Assembly: GCA_903825315.1 (NCBI GenBank)
Contig: CAIKAD010000001.1
Location: 265,483-329,482 of the forward strand
Source: an uncultured Candidatus Peregrinibacteria bacterium
GTDB lineage: Bacteria; Patescibacteriota; Gracilibacteria; Peribacterales; Peribacteraceae
Length of the DNA stretch: 64,000 nucleotides
Direction of reading: 5' to 3'
Positions 46,813 through 56,332 of the stretch are shown here, in pieces. How positions within the stretch are numbered: position 1 is the stretch's first letter; each line of letters starts with the position of its first letter. The translations under genes and the position numbers were made by a program. The notes beneath the pieces are model-generated. The model ran no database searches and was not told where the DNA came from. It worked only from the letters and a program-made list of their open reading frames with translations.

Positions 46813-49800
46813 CTGATATCAATCTTTTTCATCGGCAGGCATTCGACTGTATGAGGGAGAAACGGTTATGTCGTTTCGCGGAAAATCTTCCCGCAAGTCC
46901 CAATGTTCCGCCGCAACAGCCGCAGCTCAATCCCCAACAGCAAAGCTGGTGGGAGTGGGCAAAGGGCAAAGGGCTGGTTGGGGGGACGATTGATACGATC
47001 GGCACACTCGGTGTGGAGACAGGAAAGTTTGTGGCGGTGACGGTTCCTGGATACTTCCTCGATCGCATCAAGGATGTGTGGAACCGTGTGACGCCAAGCA
47101 AGGAAGAGGCGCAGGCGTTTCTCACGAATACGGCAAGCTTCTTTCGCGACGTTCCGGTATTGGGCGAGATGATGAGGAGTACGGTCCTCGATGCGGACTA
47201 CCAGACACTCAAGAACCTCACAGATCATGAGAAGTGGATTGCGGCGTTCCGCGACCCGGATATTCTCACCAAGAGCGCTGTTATACCCCAGCCTAGTGGC
47301 ATGTTTGGACCTCGTGAATTCCTGGCATCTATTGCGCCGGAGGAACGTCAGAAACTGTACATGTCGTATATCGACAGATTTCTCCCTCCAGGCATCCAGG
47401 AAGACATTGTGCGCAAGAGCCGCGAACCCGCACAATTGGAGACACAGGTTTGGAATAACTTGGCTACAGCTCTTCCTGACGCATTGAAGCCGCCAGAAGA
47501 TAGGTTGCCGCGGGGTACATTTCTTCCTGCAGGAACGATACTGCCTGAGGGTACCTTATTCAACAGGAGGGGTCCGGAGGGGAAACTTGTTCCGCCAATC
47601 ATCGAAGATCCTAAGGACATTGCACCTGAATTCATCCCCCCGCGCGGTCTCTTCCTTCCGGCAGGCGCAACGATTCCCGCTGGTGCCATCATTCCCGAAG
47701 AGGTGGAGCCGCAGGAATGGCGCAAGAAGTCTCCGCAAGACCGCTGGCGCGACGTGCACGGAATGCTCCCCCGTTTGAATCGGGTCATGGGGGGTATCAT
47801 GGGCACCGAAGCGCCGGATAACCTGGACATCGATGAGCAGTCTTGGGCGAGACAGACACTTGCCGAATACTACCGACCCGATGATCAACGCCCACAGAAA
47901 GGATTGTGGAATGATTTGGAAGTCGCGTTCTCTCAACAGCGAAACCGAGGTTTTGGGCCTGCTGCCACCAGTCCGGAACTTCTCGCGCAAAGATTGGCAC
48001 CTTCGCGTTTGCGCGGTGCTTTGGCGCTTGGTGTTCTTCAGCAGCCCGATCTTGAACGGCTGCAGTCGCTTCTTCAACAGCGGGAGTTTGAACGAAATAT
48101 TGCCATTGGGCGCGTTGCCAAACGCGTGGAGGATACAACGCAGGCTTCCAAGCGGGAGTTTGCACGGGAGGCAATGGATTTGCGAGACGTGTGGTATGGG
48201 ATGTCAGGGCCGGAAAAGCTCGTGTTGTTTGTGATGGGTGCTTTTCTTCTTACCAAGAAAGGCTTCCGGAACGTGGCAGCAGCGCTGGGAGTGGGTTACT
48301 TTGCGACTAAGTTTCTCTTTAAGGTTGATGATCCAGTAGGTTCTCTTTCGAAATGGTTGAATAAGCCGATCGGAGCGCTGACCAAAGGCTCACGAAATGT
48401 GATGGGGGAGTGGGCACCGGGATATCGGCCGGACATTCAGGAGCGTTCGAGAGTGATGCTGGGGTTTCTCAGTGATTTTGACCGTGAACACATGGAAACG
48501 CAGGCGCAAGGGTTTGCGCTCCTCTCAGACGTGCAAATGGGAAGGTTGGCAGAGAATTTCCGCCAGGATGAAAAGGGTACTTGGATCCTCGATATTTCAC
48601 GGGGTAATACGGTCGACAAGAGTATGGAGTTGGCAGCCAAGGAGTATGGATGGACAAAGGGGTACAAGAAATTCTTTATGGAGAGTCCCCAGAATCTTCC
48701 TCAAGTGAGTGATGCCGTCGCATTCATGTTCTACAAGAAGGCTGCGGAAAATCCGGCTCATGCCGCTGCAGTAGAGAAGGTAGAAGAGGCAATGCGCATG
48801 CTTCCTGTGGGCTGCACATATACCAATTTGGCCACCTATCACTTCGCCGGCGATGCAGTTGAATCCGTGGAAAACAATAAGAAAGTGCAGGAAGCGGCTC
48901 GGGAATACAATCGTCTCGTTGCCGCCGGTCGAGCTGCGTGTGTAGGAAGCGATATGAAACTAGGGGCCTATGTTGAGAACCTTCTTGGATTGCAGCGGAG
49001 GCGACTGGAGGCGAAGAACGGCGCTTCACGGCAACCCCAAGCGGCGCCAAACGCTGCTCCTCCTCAATCGGTACATCTTGCCACCGCAGAAGGGACGAAT
49101 CGCGCGCTTGCCGACCTGCAGCGCGCACGACCCACTGTTGCTGCGGAACGCACGAGGGATCTGGAAGAGCAGCAGCGCATGCTTACCACAGCGGAAGCAA
49201 CACGAAGAACGTCCGAGGAAGCCCTCCGTACTGCGCGCGCAGAAGAGGCGAGGCGACGGCAAGAAGCTGTAACTACCACAAACAGGACTCCTCCGGATGA
49301 GGCGGTTTCGGAAAAAACAATCGAAGTGAGCACGCGTCAGCGGGAAATCGCAGAGGCCAGAAACGGGCGCGACATAGTTGCCGCGGATACTGCTCGCACG
49401 GCGATGGATATTGCCTCTCAGAAGGCGTTAACGGAGGCGGCGAAGATGAATGTGGAGGAACTGCAACGGCAGAGAGACCTTCCTGTAGCATCGTCTCAAG
49501 CGACAGAGGCGGCGCGTATTAATCGTCTTCTCGTGGCAGCCCAACAGCAGCAAGCGGAAGCGGAACTCCAGCAGAAGCAATTAGAGACCATCAAGGCGGA
49601 CAAGGATCGAATTCTCTTAGTCCGCCAGGCAGACATAGAGGTTGCGGAACAGCGGCAAGCCCTCGCACAGGCAGAATTGAAGGAAGCGCAAGCAGTGGCA
49701 AAGCGGGACGTACTCTCCAGTGAAGCGACAAAGAAATTGTCAGAGTTGAGTGCGGCGCGTACGGCACAGGAAGAGGCACAAAAGAAAGTCGATGCGCTAA

Positions 49801-50288
49801 CATCTAGCACTCCTGCCACGGAAGCACAGGAAAGCAGGGATGCTCTCGCTGCGGCGAAGGCAAAGGTCGCGGTAGCGCAGAACGCACTCACAGCTGCCGA
49901 GGCCGCCAAGACCACCGCGGAAAATGCCGCCACCGCAGAGCGTCCTATTGTGGAAGCTGCTTCCAAAGCAGTGAAAATCAGCGAGGCGCAGCAGAGGGTT
50001 GTGGTTGCGGATCAGGATCAAAGGAAGGCGCAAGCAGTTAAAGGAGAGAAAGACATTGCTCTCACGAAAGCAAAAGAGAAGGTGGAAGAGCTGCAGAAAG
50101 TTTTCAACGGCATTCCTGCTGAGCAGTCGCGACAAACGGAGAGGGCGCAGGCAGCTCTTGAGTTGGATACTGCACGAGCAGCGAAAATAACCGCAGAAGT
50201 TAATGCCACAACGGCGGCAGAGGAACTTAGTCGCAAGAACCAGGCTGTACAGCAAGCTCGAACGGCATTGGAAACGGCGAAGCAATAA
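46809..50288 (+). CDS. Large hypothetical protein, central TM hairpin and long Ala/Glu-rich coiled coil
   Basis: 1159 aa; N-terminal REKRLCRF motif. Confidence 0.8.
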   Translation: MTDINLFHRQAFDCMREKRLCRFAENLPASPNVPPQQPQLNPQQQSWWEWAKGKGLVGGTIDTIGTLGVETGKFVAVTVPGYFLDRIKDVWNRVTPSKEEAQAFLTNTASFFRDVPVLGEMMRSTVLDADYQTLKNLTDHEKWIAAFRDPDILTKSAVIPQPSGMFGPREFLASIAPEERQKLYMSYIDRFLPPGIQEDIVRKSREPAQLETQVWNNLATALPDALKPPEDRLPRGTFLPAGTILPEGTLFNRRGPEGKLVPPIIEDPKDIAPEFIPPRGLFLPAGATIPAGAIIPEEVEPQEWRKKSPQDRWRDVHGMLPRLNRVMGGIMGTEAPDNLDIDEQSWARQTLAEYYRPDDQRPQKGLWNDLEVAFSQQRNRGFGPAATSPELLAQRLAPSRLRGALALGVLQQPDLERLQSLLQQREFERNIAIGRVAKRVEDTTQASKREFAREAMDLRDVWYGMSGPEKLVLFVMGAFLLTKKGFRNVAAALGVGYFATKFLFKVDDPVGSLSKWLNKPIGALTKGSRNVMGEWAPGYRPDIQERSRVMLGFLSDFDREHMETQAQGFALLSDVQMGRLAENFRQDEKGTWILDISRGNTVDKSMELAAKEYGWTKGYKKFFMESPQNLPQVSDAVAFMFYKKAAENPAHAAAVEKVEEAMRMLPVGCTYTNLATYHFAGDAVESVENNKKVQEAAREYNRLVAAGRAACVGSDMKLGAYVENLLGLQRRRLEAKNGASRQPQAAPNAAPPQSVHLATAEGTNRALADLQRARPTVAAERTRDLEEQQRMLTTAEATRRTSEEALRTARAEEARRRQEAVTTTNRTPPDEAVSEKTIEVSTRQREIAEARNGRDIVAADTARTAMDIASQKALTEAAKMNVEELQRQRDLPVASSQATEAARINRLLVAAQQQQAEAELQQKQLETIKADKDRILLVRQADIEVAEQRQALAQAELKEAQAVAKRDVLSSEATKKLSELSAARTAQEEAQKKVDALTSSTPATEAQESRDALAAAKAKVAVAQNALTAAEAAKTTAENAATAERPIVEAASKAVKISEAQQRVVVADQDQRKAQAVKGEKDIALTKAKEKVEELQKVFNGIPAEQSRQTERAQAALELDTARAAKITAEVNATTAAEELSRKNQAVQQARTALETAKQ

Positions 50289-50303
50289 ATAACATTATCA
50301 TCT

Positions 50304-50333
50304 AAAAGAGACAGGCTTGCGCCTGCCTCTTTT
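50304..50333. terminator. Bidirectional intrinsic terminator
   Basis: aaaagagacaggc-ttgc-gcctgcctctttt between convergent genes. Confidence 0.75.
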
Positions 50334-50357
50334 GCCCTTCTTTGCTGTGGACGTTGG

Positions 50358-50960
50358 TTAGGTGGTGGATTTCGCGGCGGGTTCCGTTGCGGGCTTTGCA
50401 CCGTACACTGCGGGTGCGGAAGGCCCGCTCGGCAATCCGTACCATACCGAGATGGAGTTGGCCGTATTGGCCTGTTTTGGAAGCTCGTAGTGGAACACGC
50501 CACTCGAATCGGGCCTGATCGGGCCGATAACATCGGTGTAGAACTTGTCGCCACCGAGGTCTGCCTTGACGGCGAACCAGCGGGGTTTCCCGATGCCCAC
50601 AGGCATTTCCCAAGTGACTTCTTTCACCTTCTTTTCCTCCTCAATCGAGGAGTCACGGGTTTTCCCCGTTTCCTTCACCGCGACGTTGCGCGGTTCGGGG
50701 GAGATGAAAAAGTTCTCGGAGGTGCCGCTGATGCTGAGTCCCCAAATGCCGAGAGCGATGAGGGCAACACCGATCACGATAATGCCGATGCCGGCCACGC
50801 TCGTGGCCCACTTGAGTTCCGCAACACCGCCGGTTAGGACTGCCTTTGGCTTCCTTGCGTTACCGAGGATCAAAAGCAATGCCCCTGCTCCAATCAAGAG
50901 CGAGTAGAGAACGGTCTGATAGAGGCTGACTGACGATCCGGTGTACAACATCTGGTTCAT
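50358..50960 (-). CDS. Hypothetical membrane protein (two TM plus soluble domain)
   Basis: 200-aa ORF ending next to the terminator. Confidence 0.65.
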   Translation of the reverse strand: MNQMLYTGSSVSLYQTVLYSLLIGAGALLLILGNARKPKAVLTGGVAELKWATSVAGIGIIVIGVALIALGIWGLSISGTSENFFISPEPRNVAVKETGKTRDSSIEEEKKVKEVTWEMPVGIGKPRWFAVKADLGGDKFYTDVIGPIRPDSSGVFHYELPKQANTANSISVWYGLPSGPSAPAVYGAKPATEPAAKSTT

Positions 50961-51597
50961 GGCAAATCCTTTCTTTGGATGCCAAGGATTTCTTCCACAC
51001 TACTACAAACCAACCATTGGCCGCAGCTGTGAAAGAACTAATAGTGATTATTACATATTGAATAACTTATGTCAATAATTGAGGATTGGCTAACCAAAGC
51101 CAATAAGAGAGGTGAGGGGACGGCACTATCTCTTTCCAAGCATCACATGTTCTAGAGTGATCATGGTCCACAAATTCGATGTAGGTTGTCACATCAATAA
51201 AGCTCAATAGTCGGCAACCGGAGCGGCGAATGTAACATTCGCTGAGGGCGCTGGGGGGGGGCTATGGTAAAAAGCCAATTCAACAATGTCTATATCGTTC
51301 TCTCTATGTATTAAAGATGACTTGTAGTTCCCCACGGGTCCTGTCTTCCTATATGTGAATTGAAGATGGAATCTTAAGAGGGCCTGTTCCGCGCTTGGGG
51401 AAACAGGATGCTTGGGGGATTCTGTCAAAGAACAGCAACTTACAGTGCTAATATAGATAACTGTCAATTATCATGACGGGAAGCGGAACAGGTCATTGCT
51501 TGTTTGCAGCTGTTCCCTCCACTACCATCCGTCCGGCTCCGTCCCTGACATCACCGGGACTTCGCCGGGACACGCCCGATTCCCCCGCATACAAGCC

Positions 51598-52725
51598 ATG
51601 GCCTCACTCATTCTCTCTGACGGTACGGTGTTCACCGGCCAGTCGTTCGGTTGTGCATGCGATACGGACGGAGAAGTCGTCTTCAACACCGGGATGGCGG
51701 GGTACACGGAGAGCCTTACGGATCCCAGCTACCGCGGCCAGATTCTCACATTCACATATCCACTCATCGGCAACTACGGCGTGCCTTCGGAAAAACTTAC
51801 TACCTGGGGGTTTAGTGAGAACTTTGAGAGCGAGAACATCCATGTGCGCGGGGTAATTGTGGAACAGGTGAGCCCGTCCTACAGCCACCATGCAGCCGTA
51901 AGTTCCCTCCAGAATTGGATGGAAAAGCACAAGGTGCCTGGTATTACAGGGATCGACACGCGGGCTTTGACAAAGAAGTTGCGAGAGCATGGAGTCATGC
52001 TTGGACGCATTGTTCAGGACGATGCAAAATTGGAAGTGCAAAATGCAACATTGGAAATACCAGATCCCAACTTGAACAATCTCGTCGCGGAGGTGAGCTG
52101 CAAGGAGCCCATCACGTACGATCCCAAGGGGGCGATGGAAAAGATTCCCACGCTCATTGCGTACGATTGCGGCATTAAAAGGAACATTCTCCGGAGTTTC
52201 CTCAGGAGGGGAGTGCGCGTTGTCCGAGTCCCATGGGATTACGATCTCGATGCGTACAACGGTGCGTACCAGGGCGTTTTCATCAGCAACGGACCGGGTG
52301 ACCCCAAGATGTGCACGGCGACGATTGCAAATATCCAGAAGGCTCTGCAGAAGAACGTCCTCACGTTCGGTATTTGTCTTGGCAACCAGCTCCTGGCGCT
52401 TGCGGTGGGAGGGGATACATACAAGCTCAAGTACGGGCATCGCGGCGTCAACCAGCCAGCCATTGAGCATCGAGACGGCAAAGCGACGGATCGTTGTATC
52501 ATCACGTCGCAGAACCATGGATTTGCCGTCGACGCATCAAAGCTCCCGACCGACTGGTCCGTGTGGTTTACCAACGGGAACGACGGAACAGTGGAGGGTA
52601 TCCGTCACGCGGGCGACCGCGCATTTTCCGTCCAGTTTCATCCTGAAGCGGCGCCGGGACCGGAGGATGCAAGCTATCTTTTCGATGATTTTGTGGGGAT
52701 GCTGAGGAAGGAGATGGCGGCGTGA
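51598..52725 (+). CDS. carA: Carbamoyl-phosphate synthase small subunit
   Basis: GEVVFNTGMAGY, SNGPGDP, GICLG, SQNHGFAVD, QFHPEA. Confidence 0.96.
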   Translation: MASLILSDGTVFTGQSFGCACDTDGEVVFNTGMAGYTESLTDPSYRGQILTFTYPLIGNYGVPSEKLTTWGFSENFESENIHVRGVIVEQVSPSYSHHAAVSSLQNWMEKHKVPGITGIDTRALTKKLREHGVMLGRIVQDDAKLEVQNATLEIPDPNLNNLVAEVSCKEPITYDPKGAMEKIPTLIAYDCGIKRNILRSFLRRGVRVVRVPWDYDLDAYNGAYQGVFISNGPGDPKMCTATIANIQKALQKNVLTFGICLGNQLLALAVGGDTYKLKYGHRGVNQPAIEHRDGKATDRCIITSQNHGFAVDASKLPTDWSVWFTNGNDGTVEGIRHAGDRAFSVQFHPEAAPGPEDASYLFDDFVGMLRKEMAA

Positions 52726-52728
52726 TGG

Positions 52729-52846
52729 GGAATCCGAAGAATCCAAGGAAACCGAAGAAACCGAAGTGCGGAAAACTATAGAGTGTCGTAGCAGGGAAGA
52801 GTCATCCCCTCGGATTCCTTGGATTCATCGGTTTCTTCGGTTTCTT
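52729..52846. repeat. 9-mer periodic inverted repeat (GAAACCGAA family)
   Basis: gaatccgaagaatccaaggaaaccgaagaaaccga ... tcggattccttggattcatcggtttcttcggtttc. Confidence 0.8.
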
Positions 52847-52856
52847 GCAACAACGC

Positions 52857-53459
52857 TCACAGCTTCATCTCCCCCCGCTCAATCATTTGCAGCACCCGCG
52901 GGTACCATTCCTTTTCCAGCTCCTGAACGCGTGCTTGCAGCGTCTCCGGCGTGTCATCGGGCAGGACGGGGCAGGTTTTTTGGAGAAGAATCTTCCCCGT
53001 ATCCACGCCGTGGTCCATGAGGTGAATCGAGACGCCGCTCTCCTTGTCCCCGGAAGCCAACACCGCGTCATGCACGTGATGACCGTACATGCCCTTGCCT
53101 CCGTACTTGGGGAGGAGCGCGGGGTGCACGTTGATGATGCGCCATGCCTTTGTAAAGTTTGGCGAGAGGATCCACATCCAGCCGACAGCGGCGAGGAGGA
53201 CATCATCGGATGGAACGTTGTCGCGGAGTTCATCGATGGCACGGTTGAGTTTGCGCTCGTAGTCCTCCTTGCTCTCACCGGAGACCCTCTCGACGATGCT
53301 TACGGGTATGTTTGCCGCCTTCGCCTTATCGATGCATCCGCGGTCCGATCGGTCCGTTACCAGTCCCAGGCACTTCATGGTCAGCGAACCGTCGGCGATG
53401 CGGTCCAGTATCGCCTGGAATGTAGTGCCGCGGGAGGAGCTCAGGGCAATGAAGAACAT
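52857..53459 (-). CDS. purN: Phosphoribosylglycinamide formyltransferase
   Basis: SSSRGTTFQAI, INVHPALLPKYGG, GVSIH, VDTGKIL. Confidence 0.93.
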   Translation of the reverse strand: MFFIALSSSRGTTFQAILDRIADGSLTMKCLGLVTDRSDRGCIDKAKAANIPVSIVERVSGESKEDYERKLNRAIDELRDNVPSDDVLLAAVGWMWILSPNFTKAWRIINVHPALLPKYGGKGMYGHHVHDAVLASGDKESGVSIHLMDHGVDTGKILLQKTCPVLPDDTPETLQARVQELEKEWYPRVLQMIERGEMKL

Positions 53460-53495
53460 GAGGGTATGGTAGCAGGTTTTGTGTGTTGTTTGTTT

Positions 53496-53636
53496 CGCCC
53501 TCACCCCTACCCCCTCTCCCAGGAGGAGAGGGGAATGTTTTGTATTTGTTTTCGCGGAAATCTGGCTTCCCAGCAGACATACAACCAACAGAAACATCTC
53601 CTTCCCCCGCTGGGGGAAGGGTTAGGGATGAGGGCG
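53496..53636. repeat. Gene-less copy of the paired CCCTCACCC palindrome element
   Basis: cgccctcacccctaccccctctcccaggaggagagggg ... ccttcccccgctgggggaagggttagggatgagggcg. Confidence 0.8.
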
Positions 53637-53653
53637 GACAAACAGAAACAAAA

Positions 53654-54481
53654 TCAGATCACCCCTCGAAACAAATCCTCCTCCGGCTCAATGCCCGGCA
53701 CCCAGCCTGCAAAGTCACTCAGGGCGATGCCATGGTCGCGGATGATTGCAGCCGGCACGGACTGTCCCGCGTTCCCCATCACGGCGTTGGCGGCGGTAGC
53801 GAGTTGATCGGCTACCGCTTCGTTGGTAATCCGCAGGTCGCGTTCAAAGAGGTCCTTCTTCCCGCGTTCGCTTACGATGGGATCGATGCCGGCGCAGGCA
53901 AGCGCGAAGGCGGTGACGCCGGTTCTCCGTGGGTGGCAGGTGGAGTCGGTGATGATCGTAGCGAGCTTGAGTGGCAGTGCAGAATTTTGTTGAGGGGAGG
54001 AAATTGAAGAATCCGAAGAAACCGAAGGAGTGGAGGTCATTGAAGCTTCCAGGGTTTTCTTCAGCTGCACTGCGGAAGTGACGGGAGCAGAGGGCCAGCC
54101 GATGGCGAAGCCGGGTTCGACGTTGGATTCATCCAGTCCTGCGTTGGCTGTCAAAATCGTTCCTGTCGGGAGACCAGCCGGACGCACTTGGGTGAGAAGT
54201 GCGCCGGGAGACGCACTGAGGATCTGTCCGTTGAGCCGTTGCGTCTCTTCGATTGCAGCCTGGATGAAGCGTGCCGATCGTCCTGTTTCCTTTGCGTAGC
54301 GTTCGGCGTCCGCTGTGATCGTCACGTTCGTCAGATCGATGCGTGCCCCTTCCACAGTCGCGATGGCTTTTGAGGAAACGGCGATGATATCACCCGACTG
54401 CATAGGTCCTGCCATCAGCAGGAGGGCGGCAAGGTCGTCACCGTGTTTGAGGATCGGCGTGTGGAGCGGGAGGATGATCAT
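53654..54481 (-). CDS. CofE family (F420-0:gamma-glutamyl ligase-like) protein
   Basis: AVSSKAIATVEG, ANAGLDESN, IITDS, GKKDLFERDL, ADQLATAA..MG. Confidence 0.88.
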   Translation of the reverse strand: MIILPLHTPILKHGDDLAALLLMAGPMQSGDIIAVSSKAIATVEGARIDLTNVTITADAERYAKETGRSARFIQAAIEETQRLNGQILSASPGALLTQVRPAGLPTGTILTANAGLDESNVEPGFAIGWPSAPVTSAVQLKKTLEASMTSTPSVSSDSSISSPQQNSALPLKLATIITDSTCHPRRTGVTAFALACAGIDPIVSERGKKDLFERDLRITNEAVADQLATAANAVMGNAGQSVPAAIIRDHGIALSDFAGWVPGIEPEEDLFRGVI

Positions 54482-54490
54482 GGGCGTAAA

Positions 54491-54982
54491 TCAGTAGAGT
54501 CGCTTCTGTGCCTCCTTTATAAGGAAGGCGTCTGTCTGGACGGAGTCCGGATGGAGGTGGATGCGCTTCAGGCGCACTTCGAGCTGTACTTCCGATGGGT
54601 TATAGAGGATGACGCCGTCGGGTGCGGCAGGGACGGTAAAGGAGAGCGTGGCGCCGCCGGGGACAGCGCGGCGCGTAAAGCCGAAAGTGGGTGTGTCGAT
54701 GGCGATGTCCTTGAGCGCTGCGCCGCGCACTTCGCGCAGCTTCCAGTCGCTCGGCACGCTGATACCGGCCTTGCCTTTGCCGTCATGCGAGAGCTCCACG
54801 ACTGCAGGTGCGGTTCCTTCGCTCACGGTCAGCCAGAAACGGAGGGGCTTTTTGTGCTCCACCGCGATGGTTGCGCTCTGTGGTACAACCTGCCCCCGCA
54901 TTCGTTGTCCTCCCGTAGCGAACGCCACCATCATCGTGCCGACGATGGCCGTGAGTGCCAGGGGAAGGAGGATACGGTTCAT
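54491..54982 (-). CDS. Hypothetical exported protein
   Basis: Signal-like MNRILLPLALTAIVG; WKLREVRG. Confidence 0.6.
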   Translation of the reverse strand: MNRILLPLALTAIVGTMMVAFATGGQRMRGQVVPQSATIAVEHKKPLRFWLTVSEGTAPAVVELSHDGKGKAGISVPSDWKLREVRGAALKDIAIDTPTFGFTRRAVPGGATLSFTVPAAPDGVILYNPSEVQLEVRLKRIHLHPDSVQTDAFLIKEAQKRLY

Positions 54983-55028
54983 GAGTGCTTCAGTGTAGTA
55001 CGTCAGCTGTGAGAGCTCCATGAGGAAT

Positions 55029-55125
55029 AATGACTAATGATCAATTATCAATGACCAAATCGCTTCGACCGCCGGATCGTATTGATCATTGAACATTGAC
55101 ATTTGATCATTCGTTTTGGTCATTT
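55029..55125. repeat. Gene-less AATGACCAA inverted-repeat element
   Basis: aatgactaatgatcaattatcaatgaccaaa ... attgatcattgaacattgacatttgatcatt. Confidence 0.75.
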
Positions 55126-55177
55126 GATCCGATGAAATCCTTGCACACACTCAACACTCCCAAGGTATACTCCCTCC

Positions 55178-55558
55178 ATGGAATTGGATCCCCACACCCT
55201 CCAGTTGATCATCCGCAAGATTGAGCAGCAGATGCGTTGCCCGCAGTGCGGCAAGCGCGTGCCGGTGGATTTTACGTCCGTGCGCCTCGCGGGGGACGAT
55301 TTTCTTCTCCTGCAACTCAAGTGCGACACGTGCGACGCGTTCATCGTGCTCCATGCCTCGCTCCAGGGCGCCGAGAGTCTCATCCGCAAGGAGAAAGATA
55401 CCACGGCCAATGCGTCATCTTCCCTGCAGCTCAAGGATTCCGAACTCAAGATGCTCCGTGAGGCACTCACGCAGTCCGGCGGATCCTTTGAGCAGCTCTT
55501 CCAGAAGTATGGAGGGAAGGACGGGGGAGCCTCCGCGGCGGATACGAGGATTGTATGA
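55178..55558 (+). CDS. Hypothetical zinc-ribbon protein
   Basis: CPQC...CDTC. Confidence 0.7.
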   Translation: MELDPHTLQLIIRKIEQQMRCPQCGKRVPVDFTSVRLAGDDFLLLQLKCDTCDAFIVLHASLQGAESLIRKEKDTTANASSSLQLKDSELKMLREALTQSGGSFEQLFQKYGGKDGGASAADTRIV

Positions 55559-55618
55559 GAATGGAAAATTGAAATTGGAAAATGGAAAATGAGAGGGGAC
55601 TGACGATAGAGTTCCTTC

Positions 55619-55936
55619 ATGCGTCGCATCCTCCTTCTGACAGCGTCTCTCTTCCTTCTCACCTCCTGCAAATTCCAGGGGAACGTTTCGGAGTGGCTCG
55701 GGCAGTCGATCCGCACTTCGAGCGGTTCTCTTAAGGAGGCGGTGGACCAGACGAAGGCGGCGGTGGAGCTGGGGAAGATCGAAGCGGGGAAATTGAAGGG
55801 GGAAATCGAGTCGGCGCAGGACAGGGTGAATCAGGCTAAGGAGAGGTTGCGGAAGGCGCAGGAGGGATTGGCGAAGTTGGAGGAGGGTGCGAAAGCTCTC
55901 AATCAGGCAGTACGAGGGTCAGGAAGTGTCAAATAG
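55619..55936 (+). CDS. Putative lipoprotein, coiled coil
   Basis: MRRILLLTASLFLLTSC lipobox. Confidence 0.7.
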   Translation: MRRILLLTASLFLLTSCKFQGNVSEWLGQSIRTSSGSLKEAVDQTKAAVELGKIEAGKLKGEIESAQDRVNQAKERLRKAQEGLAKLEEGAKALNQAVRGSGSVK

Positions 55937-56016
55937 TGACTAAAATAAGCCAAAAAGTCGTATATTGAATAAAATATTGAATTATTGTATAATATTAACG
56001 TTTCAAACAAAAACCT

Positions 56017-56331
56017 ATGCAAAACATTCCGGTGAAGGGCCTCGAAGTCCTTGCAGACCTTGCTCCCCAGGAGCTGGTGCGCATTGAGGAACTTGGAGAA
56101 ATAGCGACGCCGGATGTGCGGAAGGATTTTGAACAGAAGCTGGAAACAGTCATCGCAACGCTCGGCACCCCGAAAGGGGATACAAACCGCGGGAATGCGA
56201 TACAGTCTCTGCAGGACCTTACGCACGAGATGGAGGTGAGGCTGAAGAAAGCGGATCGTGAGGAAGACGAGAGTGTGCAGCAGAAGAGGGAAGAATCTGC
56301 AGCGGAATCCCATCTCTCCACATCCGCATAA
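56017..56331 (+). CDS. Small acidic hypothetical protein
   Basis: 104 aa after an AT-rich promoter with TGTATAAT. Confidence 0.65.
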   Translation: MQNIPVKGLEVLADLAPQELVRIEELGEIATPDVRKDFEQKLETVIATLGTPKGDTNRGNAIQSLQDLTHEMEVRLKKADREEDESVQQKREESAAESHLSTSA

Positions 56332-56332
56332 C

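Noticed and set aside
51204-51467. 87-aa AT-rich ORF with a G9 tract (phase variation?)
   Set aside because: No recognisable product or start context; one homopolymer is not enough evidence
53460-53597. N-terminal extension of purN in the ORF track
   Set aside because: It is a translation of the palindromic repeat; the real start is ATG 53459 with TACCAT 6 nt upstream
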